DNA of 64,000 nt from Aulosira sp. ZfuVER01 (GTDB lineage: Bacteria > Cyanobacteriota > Cyanobacteriia > Cyanobacteriales > Nostocaceae): the NCBI GenBank assembly GCA_034530615.2, contig JAVRCV020000071.1, forward strand, positions 32,001 through 96,000. The letters are read 5' to 3'. The position numbers and the translations under genes were made by a program. Position 1 is the stretch's first letter, and every line of letters starts with the position of its first letter. Shown here piece after piece: positions 63,226-64,000 of this stretch. The notes below the pieces were generated by a model. It saw nothing but the letters and a program-made list of their open reading frames with translations. It was not told the origin of the DNA and did not search any database.

Positions 63226-64000
63226 ATGTCCCTCTACCCACAAATCAAACAATTTTTACTCGGTAAATCCTTACCAAGCAGCGCTCATAGTGAAGAGCGA
63301 TTGAGTAACGCTGCGGCTTTAGCAGTGCTTTCCTCAGATGCGCTTTCCTCTGTGGCTTATGCTACAGAAGAAATCCTGCTGGTTCTCGTCGCAGCCGGAA
63401 GTGGTGCTTTGGGTTTGTCTCTACCTATTGCGATAGCGATTATCATCCTGCTGGGCATAGTTGTGCTTTCCTATCGGCAAACCATTCGTGCTTATCCTAA
63501 AGGCGGTGGTTCTTACATCGTTGCTAGAGAAAACCTCGGTATTTACCCAGGTCTAGTGGCAGGGGGTTCGCTGATGATTGACTATATTTTGACAGTCACA
63601 GTCAGTATATCTGCGGGTACAGCCGCCCTGACTTCAGCAATTCCTGCACTACGACCTTTCACAGTTAGCTTGTGCTTAATTTTCATTTTCTTGTTGATGC
63701 TGGCAAATCTCAGGGGTGTTAAGGAATCAGGCAGAATATTTATGATTCCTACCTATGCGTTTATTGCCAGTATTTTTGTGCTGATTGGTATTGGTTTGTT
63801 CAAACACGCTACTGGGGAAGTAGTAGCAGCATATCCTCCCATTCCCGTGCAAGAAGGACTGAGTTTGTTTTTCATTTTGCGAGCTTTTTCCGCTGGCTGT
63901 ACAGCACTTACCGGAGTGGAGGCTATCTCTGATGGAGTCTTAGCATTTAAGGAACCAGAATGGAAAAATGCCCGCCTCACATTGCTTTATTTGGGCGTTA
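63226..64000 (+). CDS. APC family permease (YdaO/KimA-like), runs off window end
   Basis: Manual translation MSLYPQIKQFLLGK...LSSDALSSVAYATEE...YPKGGGSY...ALTGVEAISDG. Confidence 0.9.
   Translation, partial: MSLYPQIKQFLLGKSLPSSAHSEERLSNAAALAVLSSDALSSVAYATEEILLVLVAAGSGALGLSLPIAIAIIILLGIVVLSYRQTIRAYPKGGGSYIVARENLGIYPGLVAGGSLMIDYILTVTVSISAGTAALTSAIPALRPFTVSLCLIFIFLLMLANLRGVKESGRIFMIPTYAFIASIFVLIGIGLFKHATGEVVAAYPPIPVQEGLSLFFILRAFSAGCTALTGVEAISDGVLAFKEPEWKNARLTLLYLGV

Overview
64 kb of chromosome from a filamentous, probably heterocyst-forming cyanobacterium (Nostocales-like), inferred from dense HIP1 octamers (GCGATCGC), heptamer STRR arrays and small dispersed repeats. The core is the minus-strand ribosomal superoperon (rplC to rpsI, with secY, adk, infA, rpoA, truA), followed by rpmE and prfA. 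Around it are conserved housekeeping genes: rsfS, tRNA-fMet, deoC, recO, a dgdA-like glycosyltransferase, secG, gpmI, ndhN, a cruP-like gene, panE and sbcD. Three accessory modules stand out. (i) A 5 kb island at 13.9-19.0 kb holds a decayed and an intact toxin-antitoxin pair, an IS5 remnant, and an EACC1-like gene plus a membrane-anchored caspase with a 57-aa repeat stalk. (ii) A putative toxin/immunity pair at 50.0-51.9 kb consists of a cargo-type leader, a peptidoglycan-binding domain and an HExxH metallopeptidase, followed by a lipoprotein. (iii) An HTH-STAND ATPase-TPR gene faces two small membrane-protein genes across a spacer with helically phased repeats (56.2-59.5 kb). The rplC operon also appears to have a ~700-nt, highly structured leader. 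All calls come from reading the sequence and recalling family motifs; no database searches were run.
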